Positions 26,121 through 39,479 of a DNA stretch of 64,000 bases are shown piece by piece. A program made the translations under genes and the position numbers. How positions within the stretch are numbered: the first letter of the stretch is position 1; each line of letters starts with the position of its first letter. The stretch is taken from assembly GCA_951406725.2 (NCBI GenBank), contig OX597821.1:38440001-38504000 (forward strand), given 5' to 3'. The notes below the pieces were generated by a model, which saw only the letters and a list, made by a program, of their open reading frames with translations, was not told where the DNA came from and ran no database searches. The stretch is from Octopus vulgaris. Taxonomy: Eukaryota.

Positions 26121-27585
26121 ATGAATCTAACCCCACCCGGTGAAATCATACATATGACAAAAAGAAAAAACTATTATATACAAGGCTCTATTTTTAAAAA
26201 CTAACAAAATTGAACACGCATCCAAGGAAAGCATTGAAAAATGCTTGCAACCAATATGGAGTAACACTACCTATGTGGTGAGAGGAAAAATACAGCACTG
26301 TAAAAGCTAGGTTTGCGTCCGAAGAAGAAGCAAGTAAAAACTCCACAGTGCCCCTAAAATCATCAGAGCTGGCATTATTACCTCAAAAATAAAAATAGGG
26401 GATGGTCTCAACAGAGATTGATGTAGTGTGGCTCGTAGTAGTTGTCCTGTTGGAGCTAGAGAACTATCTATTCTGCAAGTCACCAAGCTTCATCAACAAA
26501 ACTGATCAAGGTCTAGAAATCCTAATCCAAGCAACCCAACAAGACCTGGAATACATACCGGATCTGATTGAATTACCTGTTGAAACAGAACTACGCGTCT
26601 TGATGGAGTGACTTAGACTCCGATGCCATAAATGTGGGCTGAAGGGCCACATCAGGGCTACATGACCACAGAAACCATCAACAACGGGTCCCCCTCCACG
26701 TAACGATCATTCACAGCCTGAATCTTCAACTACGAAAGGCCAGGCTAAAGCCATGCCTCACAAACGCGAGACCACTAAATACACTACAGGCTCAGGTCCA
26801 GCAGCAAAGACGAACGACCCTAGCAAGGGAGTGAAGAGAACGACAAACCAAAATCCCACCAGTGACATTACAGCCAAGGACAAACTACCACAAAACACCA
26901 CACCACAGACGCGACTGATCTCGAATAGAGGGAAGTTGCTAAGAAAAAACACTTCCCAACACTCCTCCTCACCACAGAATCACATCCTCCTACACGTACA
27001 CCTCATACGCATACACAAGAATCACAAACATCAGCACCACTACCCCCAGACACGGTCATCAACCTCACAGCCATCAATACCAACAACACTTCCTTAATTG
27101 AACATACGCGCAAAAATCCCCTCATCACCCCATTTCAAAAAAACCCATCTCACACCCCCAAATGCCCAACTACATCCAGTTCATCTACATAGATAATCAT
27201 TTATACATTGAATTAAAAGAAAATTTCTGGAGATGTTAGACCCCTTCAGCTGGCTTTCACAAAACATTTGTACTTTGATTTAATGAAGCATGCCCCACAA
27301 ACCACCATGAGAAGGGAGGATTTACCGACACCCCTCCCAGAAGTTTAAAAGTAGGTAAACGTTTCTTCCCTCTCCTCTCATGGACTCGCTCAAGCTTAGC
27401 AGCATAAATGTGCATGGCTAAACGATTTCAGATCATGGAACCTAGATGTGATAGTCACCAGCAAAACCAGGTTGACCGGGCCGCAGGCATTCCTGCCCCT
27501 CTTCGATGGCTACGAGAGCAACGTATCTTCATGCTAGTCCAGAGGTGGGTGGGGCACTGCGGTCTTATTCATAAAACTTTCATGA
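26121..27585 (+). mobile_element. Tx1/L1-like LINE 5' portion: decayed ORF1 (CCHC knuckle) and start of ORF2 APE endonuclease
   Basis: ORF1 contains RCHKCGLKGHIRAT*P (CX2CX4HX4C, last Cys TGC>TGA, ~26620-26665); ORF2 begins ~27380 MDSLKLSSINVHG* ... LDVIVTSKTRL (cf. SLNVRGL / DIxxxQETH). Confidence 0.8.
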
Positions 27586-27925
27586 TACATTTTTTCGTGT
27601 GGGAAGACCACAGTGGATAACAATATTCAAGATGGGGTCGAGCAAAAGCGGAGAAGAGAAGGATAATGGTGTGGATATCTCTCGACTGGAAAGTTCAGAG
27701 AAACCAGGAGCACATTCACCTGAAGGAAGGAAATATGGGAGTTTCACGGTATCCTCTTTTCCGAAGTGGATTAACTTAAATTTTTCCTCGTTCAACAGCA
27801 GCATGTTTTCCTTTTCCACCTATTGGATGACAGCCAATCGATCTGACAGAAGGCATGTCCGGTCACCCACTTCATTGATGACCTTCTGAAGCTTGGAATC
27901 ATTTGCAAAGATTCTTATGTTGCTA
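27585..27925 (-). mobile_element. CR1-like LINE RT fragment
   Basis: [54 protein letters not shown]; same family as 45954-46765, with an internal deletion. Confidence 0.85.
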
Positions 27926-28607
27926 TAGTTAAAGTATATATTAACTAAATTTGACTGAAATTGTTGGGTGAGCGTTTCGCCAATCAGGTTCGCAAGGAGC
28001 CATGACACCTACGATTTGTGGGTTCGATTCAGCCTGAGGTTAGCTCATCATTTTTCGGTCATTTGTTTAAATTTAAAAATTGTCGCTTTAAAATCGGAGA
28101 TTAAATATCATTATGATATATATTATGTACAGTTATGTATATATATATATATATTGACAGATGTATGTGGATATGTATGCATTTATATGTATGTATATAT
28201 GAGAGTCTATGAGAAATACTTAATACTGTTTTAAAGGCTAAAGGTGTTTTAAAAAAATTATGTTTGTAAAAATGTCATGAAATCTTTTATCAGGATGTTA
28301 CTAACCTTTCTGAGGAAGAAGTTTTTTTTTCTAGTGTATGAGCGCTTTCGTTTAACCTTTTCAAACACACGTGTTCTTAAAGAGGAAGTTGTTATTTATG
28401 TGGTAATGGTAGTATTACTTATTTCCTGTTTCTTTTCGAACTTATAGTTTAAGTTATAAATATTTTTTTTACCATTGTTTATTCTATGGAATGTTGGCTA
28501 TTTTCGGTATAATTTCGGATGTAGAATTCTTATATAGTTTTTTTCTTTTGCTTTTCGTAGTTGAAGATTTTCCCCGTTAATTTCGTACAATGGGATGTAT
28601 AGATATA

Positions 28608-29040
28608 ATGGAAATGACAAAAGAGTATATTCGGCATATTTTACCCGTGTCAACGGAGGTTCCAGAAATTCCAAGCTGGAAACTACAGACTAGAAGACAA
28701 GCCTCGTCCTGCAAGATGTGCAGAGCTCGAGAAGAACGTCCTGCAAAGCCTGGTAGAGCAAAATCTCATTGTAACAGTTGAGAAACTTGCAGAGAAGCTT
28801 GGATTTGGTCATTCAACCATTCATCAACACCTGCCTGCCATCGGAAAAGTCAGCAAATTGGGTCAATGGGTTCCTCACAAACTTTCCGAATCTAATCACG
28901 TGCAGGGAGTGAGTGTGTGCTCTTCTTTGCTGTCACGTCTCACGAATGAACCTTTTTTTTGACCGAATATTGACTGGTGACAAGAAATAGATTCTCTATA
29001 AAAATATCAAGCGCCGATGACAGTGGGTAGGGAAAGCACT
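28608..29040 (+). mobile_element. Mariner transposase fragment (pseudogene)
   Basis: MEMTKEYIRHIL.. LEDKPRPAR.. TVEKLAEKLGFGHSTIHQHL.. KLGQWVPHKL.. DRILTGDKK*ILYKN: HTH, WVPHEL motif and first catalytic Asp (TGDEKW); internal deletion and stops. Confidence 0.9.
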
Positions 29041-29415
29041 GCAAAAAGCACCATATCGGTAAAATTATACCGATATACAATGTAAAAATGAATACGTGGG
29101 AAATGTATGTATATATTGTTATCTATACACAAGTATTTATGGATATGTATATATGTTTTTCACTTACATATTGTCGGTATACTTCTATTGAAGAGTGTAA
29201 AGTAATTTTTATTAAAAAACACAAAACTTTAAGATATAGAGTTGTCTAAAATTTTGTAAATCTTCTTTCCATTTCTTCGCATTCAGCCTTGTGCAAAAAA
29301 GGAGAACAAATTTAGAATGGTTTGTAGACATTTGACATCTACAGTACACACACACATATTATATATATATATACATATACATACATATTTATATTTGTAT
29401 GTATATGCGTATGTA

Positions 29416-29458
<43 letters not shown>

Positions 29459-29566
29459 ACGTGTTGGGATTACTTAGTATTCCAATTCAGAATTTCACGG
29501 TTGTTGGACATCATATAACTTATATGTATTTCAGACTTGCTACTTATATCATACATACATACATAC

Positions 29567-29605
<39 letters not shown>

Positions 29606-30607
29606 GCACACACAAATACATACATGCATGCACGTGCACATATACGCACGCGCGAGCACATACACCACAGGCATACATGCTTATATAAATTGTAGCAATC
29701 GAGACCTCACACACACATGCATATATAGATTCTAACAATCGAGACCTCAAAACTTGTCCACTCGACCATGCCTGAATGATTGCCTCAGTGGTTTATCAAG
29801 CTGAAGTCACCTAAGTGCCCCAAAATAATGAAACTCAAAGGAAAAGGTAGATTGTTATGTAATAAAGTGATTTAAAAATCAAATATACGCCAACCACCAG
29901 TCTTCTTTACCACATAAGGAGAAAGCCTCGAAGTTATAGTTGTGACATCAAAGCCGACAGCGCCCCACATACCATCAAGAGGAGGATCGTGGCACAATTC
30001 ACGCCATACATTAACGTACGCGTTGTTTAACCGAATGATTTCATATCCTTTTTAGATCTAACAACGTTGATGACCAACTAAATTCCACATCTGCAATTTT
30101 TATTAAATGTAAGTATCAAAACATGTTTCTTTCATTGAACTGGAAAGTATCACCGTTTGCGGATTAAGCATGCAATCTCACAAAATTTGACCTCCTCTCG
30201 TTGATTTTATTTACAGAAACCATATCAATTCTGATTCGAATGGACCTATAGGGACGCAACTCTTAATTTCTTTCTTATTTTTAACCCATGGCACTCCTTT
30301 CTTTTATGTCCCTCTAGACCTCACAAAGACCAGCGTCCTTACAAGTTATTTTTTTCCCATCATAGATCAGCCATGTTGTATATTTGAATCTGAAACATTG
30401 CTTGACAACACATGGTGTGCTATACAAGCTTGACCTTCGTGTTTCCACAGCATGAAACTAAAGGTAGTTTGAATTTAAATCCCGCTTATATTAAAAGATG
30501 TTTATGTCTCATTGGATATATTACATTTTGGTTGATCCCACCTATAATAGAAGAGTGCATTATATAAATATGTGTATGTGTCTACATATATATATATATA
30601 TGTATAT

Positions 30608-30870
30608 CATTCTTTTATTCTTTTACTTGGTTCAGTGATTTGACTATGGCCATGCTGGAGCACAGCCTTTATAGTCGAACAAATCGACCCCAGAACTTAT
30701 TCTTTTTAAGCCTAGCACTTATTCTATCGTTCACTTTTGCTGAACTGCTAGGTCATGGGGACGTAACCACACCAGCATCGATTGTCAAGCGATATTGCGG
30801 GCACACACACACACACACACACATATATATACGACGGGCTTCTTTCATTTTTCGTCTACCAAAACCACTT
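30608..30870 (-). mobile_element. CORE-like SINE family A, 3' part
   Basis: GCCATGCTGGAGCAC...CGACCCCAG...ACGACGGGCTTCTTTCA matches 56757-57060. Confidence 0.8.
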
Positions 30871-30874
30871 ACAA

Positions 30875-31080
30875 CACCAAAAAAGCTCCACGAGGCTCCT
30901 GCAGAGGATGGTGGTGGCGATCCCCACTGTACTCTTTCGCCACAACTTTCTCTCACTCTTTCTTCTGTTGGCCTGCTCGCTTAGCCAGCGGGGTGGCGTC
31001 ATTTGAAGGCTAAAACAATGCGAAGCGCATTGTGACCAGCGATGTGTAACAACATCTGATAGCCTGGTCGGTCACGTGAT

Positions 31081-31088
<8 letters not shown>
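30875..31088 (+). repeat. GC-richer interspersed repeat ending in (CACGTGAT)2, replacing the SINE head
   Basis: Abrupt compositional change; ends GGTCACGTGATCACGTGAT then (AT)n. Confidence 0.4.
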
Positions 31089-31131
<43 letters not shown>

Positions 31132-31589
31132 TGGTTTGGCATCTATGTGTGTTTGTATGTATGTATTATTTCATATAATTTTTATGACCCGACTGATTTA
31201 AAATTTTGGATTTACGTACCGGACCACACAGGAAAATTTAATGTTGTCTTCAGCTCAAAAATCTAGGCCCACTGAGTCACCTGAGAAAATTTGCAGCTAA
31301 TAAACATCATCATGTGTGTGTGTGTGTGTGTGTGTGCACAGATATACGCATGTGTTTGTCGCAATAATGAAACATGTATATTTTAATGCACACGCGCGCG
31401 CGCAAACATTCGCTGACGCGCACGCGCTTTTTCACACGGGCAAGAACATTAATATTTATTTCTTTAATTGTTTCTCTCTTGGCTTGGATACAATTAGGTT
31501 ACTTCTAATAACTCACGCTGTGAGTGTATTTGTGTGTATAGTTTTTGAAAATATATGTTCATTGATTCGTCATTATGTATGTATGTATG

Positions 31590-31725
31590 TATGGATGGAT
31601 TTATGGATGGATGGATGGATTTATGGATGGATGGATGGATAGATGGATGGAAGTATGGATTTATGGATGGATGGATGCATGGATGGATGGATTTATGGAT
31701 GGATGGATGGATGGATGGATGGATG
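31590..31725. repeat. (ATGG)n microsatellite with periodic ATTT variants
   Basis: Direct inspection. Confidence 0.95.
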
Positions 31726-31910
31726 TACGAACGTGTAAATTTACAGATTGTGTCAGTAAAGTGCGTGGTAGCTGGTCATTGTTTGAAAAGTAACTTTTTC
31801 TTGGTTATCGTTTAGACATTTGCTAACAAGTGCACTACAAAATATATATACATGTATGCATATATCTCTGCGTGTGTATGCACATATATATGTACATATA
31901 TGTATGTACG

Positions 31911-31986
<76 letters not shown>

Positions 31987-32311
31987 AACAAGAGTCAAAA
32001 CTACTCAAAAAGCCACAGAAAGCACTAACTAAATGAGTTGACGAATGAGAGGAAGCGAGAAAAGCACCTTACCTTAGGGAGATCAAACTCGCGAATAAAG
32101 TAACAGATATATCCATATCACGTGATTTCAAATTCTGATTAATTTGATTTAGTCTTAGTTCTCGTCAGTGGATCTTATTGTGCATGGGGTCAAAGTTTTA
32201 CCTCGTCGAACACTTGAGAAAAAAATCGTTGAAACTGAGCGCTAAATTCAAAACGGTGGAAGTGTATCGTATAAATAATATAGATGGCTCGTTAACAGTT
32301 CAGACCTAATG

Positions 32312-32443
32312 GTAAATTTAAGCAGGGGTACAAAAATAGTACTAGCATTGCTAGAATCAAGAGTCAAAACGACTCAAAAGGCTTTTGTGGCTATTTGTTT
32401 CTAGCAATGCTAGTACTATTTTTGTACCGTTGCTTAAATTTAC
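32312..32443. repeat. 45-bp near-perfect inverted repeat, 42-nt loop
   Basis: 32312-32356 vs reverse complement of 32399-32443 differ at 2 of 45 positions. Confidence 0.9.
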
Positions 32444-32481
32444 TTTTGGGTTTGAATTGGTAACGAGCCACCTATATCATT

Positions 32482-32616
<135 letters not shown>

Positions 32617-32875
32617 GCATGTATGTGTATGCGTGTGTGCGTGTACACGCATTACTTACTCACAGAAATGCAAGGTTACACACACATACATAAAACATAC
32701 ATGTATGCGTGTATGTGAGTGTGCGTGTGTGTATGCCTATTACAACAGACTGTAGAGAAGGCAAAAGAATACTGAGAATGGATGTGTTAAAAAGACGGAA
32801 GACTCTTTAATATAGTTATGAAGCTATGATACGATGACTGCTTTAAATATGGTCACAACGCATAAATCTATATCT

Positions 32876-32920
<45 letters not shown>

Positions 32921-32921
<1 letters not shown>

Positions 32922-32982
32922 CCGGAGTGCCTAAGTATAAAATGACGATATGGACATTTATTTTATGCTCAGGCACTCCGGA
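32921..32982. repeat. 62-nt hairpin (23-bp stem)
   Basis: TCCGGAGTGCCTAAGTATAAAAT / ATTTTATGCTCAGGCACTCCGGA: one mismatch, one G-U, 16-nt loop; abuts (TA)n. Confidence 0.85.
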
Positions 32983-33456
32983 TTTTTGGAAAATTTTCTA
33001 TTTATTTATAATTTTCACATCACTGTTTAAAATTCGAAACCTAAAATTTGAAACGCTTTTATAACTAAGAATGTCTGATGAACGAAATGTGATTACCGAA
33101 GCTGAAAAGATATATCTACTTCTTCACACATCCCCTGAAGCGGCCGTAAGTTGTTTTTCGCTTTATTAGATTCATTCGAGGACTTTCTCTTAAAATACTG
33201 TCATCTTATCCGCTTGTGACTTTTAATTTAATTGTATATATATTCATCTGTATATGTGTAAGCACGCTGTCTTCCAACCTTGATTTCGAATGGAATAGTA
33301 TGAAGAAATATATATATATATATCAGCTTTATTATGTGTTGGTTTGGACCAGGAATAATTTGATACCTGTCTTCCTTTATTGAATTTTGATATTACTGCT
33401 CAATATATTGAGCACTTCTGTGTTGTTCTGTTGAAGAATTAGCCTTTTAATATTCA

Positions 33457-33541
<85 letters not shown>

Positions 33542-33543
<2 letters not shown>

Positions 33544-33857
33544 TAATCCAACGTCGGGCTGCTATAACGTCCGCTTCGGTATAGCAGTATAGTTAGTTAG
33601 ACAACTAAAAACCCGATTATCTATGACCGACTTCTCGACTTCTAACGTCACAGTATTTGTAACGACTAGAACATACCACTCGTCACGTGGTAGTGGTGTT
33701 TCGTCGTTATTATTATTATTGTTATTATTATCCCCGTAATATCTCTCCTTCCAAGTTTTTTTCAGGAAGTGTAATTTTATTTCTTTTTATTAACAATAAT
33801 ATTTACATCAACCCTTTTTGAGATTTTTTCATACAGTTACAAACTTAATATTTTTTC

Positions 33858-33889
<32 letters not shown>

Positions 33890-34682
33890 TATTTTCTCCA
33901 GGAACTCCGTACATTTTCTTTTTTTTTTTCGTTTGTGCGTCTGGATTCAATTATTTGTAGTGGCGTTGGTACTTAAAAAGTATCATATAACCATTCCATT
34001 GATTCTTCCATTTTCTTGGGATCGCTCTCAACGAATCTTTTTTTAGTTGATTTATATGTCTCGTGTATGCCTAGTTTCTTCCTTTTACCAAGTATAGCAT
34101 TCTTCCTATGCGTTGGTAATCACGCCGTCTTTCCAACTTTGTTTTCTGTTTTATATGCCCTAACAACTACAATTTCACCAGCTTTTCTCGCTAAATTCTA
34201 CACAAAATGTCTCTTGTATTTATAAAGTTTATATCAGGTTTTTGCGGGAGCAATTATTGTAACGCTCATGTTCTCCTGCTGCCAGTTTTCTTAGAATTAG
34301 ACGCGTTTTCATGTTGTCGTTCCAGTCTTTGCACTCTTTATTGAAGATCTCTTCGTATCTTCTCTAGTACGCCTCGAAGGTAGCTTCTTCGTCCGGTTCA
34401 TACTTAAATTATATTACTGAGTTTGCAACATAATCTATAGAGAACATCTTTTCAGCATTTCTGGACGACTTACTACTCATTAATTGCATCATTTGTTGTT
34501 GTAATAGTAATTGTTGTTGTTGTTCCTCGTCGCCACTGTTGTAATCCAACGTCGGAAAGCTATAACGTCCACTCCAGTATAGCAGTAGAGTTAACTAGAC
34601 AAGTAAAGATACGACTTTGCCGACTCGTCTTCCTACGTCACAGTATTTGTAACGACTAACACAGACCACTCGTCACGTGTTC

Positions 34683-34742
<60 letters not shown>

Positions 34743-34752
34743 CTCCATAACA
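33542..34752 (-). mobile_element. Internally deleted non-autonomous Gypsy (Mag-like) LTR retrotransposon
   Basis: 5'LTR 34752-34540 (TGTTATGG...GGATTACA), PBS TGGCGACGAGG 34535-34525, gag fragment FKYEPDEEATFEAY*RRYEEIFNKECKDWNDNMKTRLILRKL, integrase C-terminus (WKDGVI..RIGRMLYLVKG..RHINQLKKRF, frameshifted), PPT TTGGAAGGAGAGA 33754-33742, 3'LTR 33741-33542, GAGA on both flanks. Confidence 0.9.
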
Positions 34753-34765
34753 GAGAGAGAGGAAG

Positions 34766-34788
34766 AGATAGATAGATAGATAGATAGC

Positions 34789-34860
<72 letters not shown>
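34766..34860. repeat. (GATA)n microsatellite
   Basis: Direct inspection. Confidence 0.95.
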
Positions 34861-37373
34861 CACTTATTACCTAAAATAAAATTTAGTAAAAACAAATTTC
34901 TTATTTCTATCTTTGCAATAAATACGTTATTTGTTTTCTAACTTTTATTAACACAATTAAAATCGACTCTATCTTAAAATTCATCCGTTTATCGTTGCTT
35001 GCCACCAAGCCTTTTATGTGCACTCATCCTGACCTCTCATATCAACTCTCCCTCTCTCTCTCTCTATCACTCTTTTGCACTCTCTTCCTCATTTCTCTAT
35101 ACGATGTAAAGCGTCTCCGCAGTAAAATGCAAAGATAATTGGCATTACACACAAACACACACATGCGCAGACGCACACACACGCACGCTCGCACACATAC
35201 ATACATATAATGCGAATGGTTTTCTGTGTCTGCACTTAAGCAGTCTACTATATTTCTAGGGGTAAAGTTGAAACTATTAATGTATATATGGCAGACAATA
35301 TACAATCGTTTACCTCCTTTAGCAATTATCCACCAAACTAACATAAATTGCTCTTCTCAACTTCCTGTTTTCGTTTCTAACAATTTGATGATGCTTTCTT
35401 TAAAAATTGCTCGGATCCATATGTTCGAAGTTTACCAACGATTTAAATTCTTATCTATTTTTACTAAGCATCAGTATTGAATTTACATTTTTATTAAATG
35501 GAGTCGATGCAAAACATAGGTCTGGGATTCATACAAGTGAAGAAAGCTATCAAAGAGATAAACATGGCAGCTGAAACGAGCTCAAAAAGGCAATGGTTGA
35601 TAAGAAACCGCAAGTGGAACCATTCTGCAAGTGGAGACTTGTTTAGTCCTCGTTACTCAACTCAGTCGAAACGTACAGGCTTAGGGGTGAGACGCTTGTG
35701 ACCCTTAGATACCTACTGATGATGATTGCAATAGATTTAGAAGAGCCTGCGAAATATCTGAGTATCCCTTGCAATTTCTGCGTGAGGCAAAGCATCTCTG
35801 ATGTTTATTTCACCTAAATGATTGTCATAACATTTTCACGATGAAACTGTTGCAATTTCAACATACACTTTTAGGAATATGGTAGCAAGGGAAGGTTTTT
35901 ATGATAAGGAAAAAATAAGACCATACAAAAATTGAACTTTGGGAGATATGTTGTTCTAATATTTGAAATATAGAATAATTTTTGAGATCCCCTCTCGAAA
36001 AAACAAAATGTTTCACACATATCTCTTGGCATTGGAAGTAAATAAACTCTATTATATTCTGATCCAATTTTAACAGAAACTTCTGGTTATTAGACGCACA
36101 TAAACAATGTTCTGGAAAGAAAAATACTGTCATTAATAGGGATTCTCTAAAAACAATAAAACTGATTTTCCTTAAGCGACAAACTTCGAGTAATTTTCAA
36201 AACAGTTTCTTTTATTTTACATTCTTCATACTAAATTGTATTCTTACTGTAATGTGCAAGTTTTTAAAATGTAGTGAGAAACCTCAAAAAAGAAAAAAAG
36301 AATTGAACAAATATAGTTTACAGTTATAAATTATCGAGATAACAAGATTTATGCCACCAAGAAGTTTATATGATAGAAACTTCAAAAGTAATATTAAATC
36401 ATTTTTTTACTTCTAATTTTGTGAAGTGTTAAATCGGATGTTGTTGTTGTTGTTATTATTTCTATTATTTTTGTTGTTGTTGTTGCTGTTATCTTAATTT
36501 CAGTGCCTACTTTCACTACAGATCTGTGTGCCTTAAGTTTATTCTGTGTTTTGTATTCCTTTTGTATTTCCTGGTGTATTCAAATTAGTCTACTTAATAT
36601 GTGTGCAGACGTCATCACCATCATCATCATTATCATTATTATTCCCAGGGCCAAAGAAAATCTTCAACGGCTTATCATTATTATAAGTTTATAAATAAAC
36701 GGTGGCTTTTCAGCGCTGCTAGAAAAGAAGTATTGAAGTCTGTACGATGTTGCTCAGAGAATGATAAATTTTTAAGTTAATCACTCGCTGACATCCGCTT
36801 TGACATTAGTTCGGAAATTACGAATAGAAAAAGTTACCAGCTTCTAAGTATTCTGACTGTTGACTTGAACAGTAGAGTGAGAGGTCATCTTTATTAGATT
36901 TAGATTTGTCGACTCCGACTTTCTGGAGGTGGATCGATTAAGTATCAGTTAAATATCAAGGTCGACTAAATTAACTATACCCGCCCCCACTAACAATTTG
37001 GGTCCTTGTACCTTCGAAAGAAATTATTAGTATAAGCTAAAACAATAAAAAAAACATGAATCAACGAGGGATCCCCTAGAGGATCACTCAACTTACAAGA
37101 AATAGCAGTTAAAACTTCCTCTGCATATAATTATATAGAAAAAAAGAAGTATACATAGGGCATTTTGAGCTACTACATTGTTCTACATTATTAAGATGAA
37201 CTGTTCATGAGTGGAGCGTCGTTGGTCATAGTTTTGTTCAGTCAGACCCGAAGTAAATAACATTAACAACATCATCAATAAAAATTAGCAGACTAGACTA
37301 CAGGAACTGGATTTCTTTATTTAGATTCTGAGATCAATTTTTGGTAGGGTAGATCAAGCGAAATTGAAAAGAT

Positions 37374-37599
37374 CGGTATTTCTGAACCATTTTTTCCTAT
37401 GGACTCCTTTGATCCCTATTTTACTTGGGTGGATCCTCCAAAGCCATTTCATGTTTAAGGAATCTTCTGATATCTTTATAATTAAATATTTTTGGGAACT
37501 GTATTAAAAAATTTACCAAAATATTTTGTGAAATGAAAAAGTATAACCAATCTATTGCAGATAACGAAATCTTATATGGACCCCGCTTGGGAACCACTG
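37374..37599. mobile_element. hAT-Charlie-like MITE, decayed
   Basis: Right end TTGGGAACCACTG followed by CTCTAGA; left end CGGTATTTCTGAACC is a degenerate CAGTGGTTCTCAACC TIR. Confidence 0.45.
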
Positions 37600-38399
37600 C
37601 TCTAGATTAGAAACCAGAAAATATCTTAAGCCTGTTTTGACAATTCCAATCGTCTGTTAAGTACATTCTCTGTATATGTAAATGACGACTTGAACAAGAA
37701 ACCATCTGCTGTTCTGGTTGCTTATCATTGGGTGCCCCTTCAGTCGACATATGGCTGTTCTAGTCATAAGCATACTATTTTTAAGACATGGTGCATCTGT
37801 TTATGTTATCCGATTGGTCTCTTTTTGATTTAGATAGGATGCGATTTGAAGGAGATTTGGTTGCGTTTTCTAGTAAATCAAACAACTAAACAGAACTGCC
37901 CTCGTTGACTATGCCTTAGTTTATATTTTTATTCGTTTGTATGCGTCTGTGCGTACATGAATGCATCTGTGTTGCATGGTGTTACTATTTTCATGGATTT
38001 CATGATAGATTTAAGAATTTGAGATCTAATTAGTGAAATAGGACGCCATTTAGGCAGGAAGTCATTTACTGGAAGACGAAGGCATCTTTTCTAGAATAGA
38101 AAAAGCCTGTAAATGACCAGCTTATTGAATTAGTTAAGCAGAAAGTTACAAATAAGAGAGAATTAATGGGACTGTTACAAATAATAAGGCTAAAATTTTA
38201 AAAAAAAGAAGTTAAATTGAAATCTGTTCTATTAAAAAGTTCGTGATACAATATAGCAGATTAGAAAAAGATATAGAAGACAGAGTTGAAGAGAAAGCTC
38301 TATCGGTGAATATGAGAAATCTTCACCCAAACGTAAATATCGGTCGTTTAAAAATGAACAAATGGAGGGATTATTAGCTATTCTGATTATCATTAATAG

Positions 38400-38595
38400 T
38401 AATGGTCTCAAATTTTAGCTCAAGGTGAGCAATTTCATGGGAGAAGGTAAGTCGATTACACTGACTCCATTGCTCAGCTGGTATTTATTTCATCGACCCA
38501 GAAAGAATGAAAGGCAAGGTCGACCTCGGCAGAATTTGAATTCAGAACGTAAAGACGGACGAAATGCCGCTAACAATTGTGCTAGCTCATCGCCT
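38400..38595 (-). mobile_element. SINE family B
   Basis: CTGGTATTTATTTCATCGACCC..GAATGAAAGGCAAGGTCGACCTCGGCAGAATTTGAA..GACGGACGAAATGCCGCTAA. Confidence 0.8.
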
Positions 38596-38609
38596 TAATA
38601 ATAATAATG

Positions 38610-38661
<52 letters not shown>

Positions 38662-38674
38662 CAAAATAATTATA

Positions 38675-39410
38675 ATAAAAGAAACAGAGAGCTTAATTGT
38701 AGCGATAAAAATAAACAACTTAAGAAAAATATATATGGAGAGAATGTGTCAAAAAAACGTAGAGCATATGGAACTTGCAACGAGACAGTGACACACATTG
38801 TGGAAGAATACCCCAAGTTCGCCCTGGAAGAATATAAGAAATAGAGACACGACCAGGCTGTAAAACTTTTACAATGGAAAATGCGCCAGAAATGGGGATT
38901 TGAAACTGAAACACATGGTACAATCACCGAGTCGAAAGAGTGCTGGAGTCAGAGAAATGTAAGATTTTGTGGGACTTTCTTTTTCAAACGGAAAAGAAAT
39001 TAGAAAATAATAGACCGGACATAACGATTATAGATAACGAAAAGCGAGGTTGCTTGCTGATCGACTCATTATGCCCGTTTGATTCCAGGATCGTACTGAA
39101 AGAGGACAAAAAAAAAATGTACAACCCCCATAAAATTTGAAACAGGAAGAATTTGGAGCATAAGAACAGTAAAGATCATGCCTACAATAATTGGTGCGTT
39201 GGGATCAGTAAGCAAAGATATAGACAAATGGCTGGTGGATACTGAAATAGAATGTTCGGTAGAACTCCTACAGAAAGTTAGTCTCTTTGAAACAGCAAGG
39301 ATTATCAGGAGAGTTCTAAGCACTTGAAAGACTGCTGAAACCTTGTGGATACGCAAGGTTACAAGACGTAACCCACTACCCACATAATTCCTACCAAGAA
39401 TAAGACCGAA
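38675..39410 (+). mobile_element. R4/Dong-like LINE 3' portion (degenerate Zn knuckle + RLE endonuclease + 3'UTR)
   Basis: KETESLIVA.., KILWDFLFQTEKKLENNRPDITIID..CLLID..CPFD, PTIIGALGSV, LLQKVSLFETARIIRRVLST*; flanked by (AAT)n. Confidence 0.9.
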
Positions 39411-39479
39411 TAATAATAACAACAACAACAACAACAACAATAATAATAATAATAATAATAATAACAACAGTAATTATAA

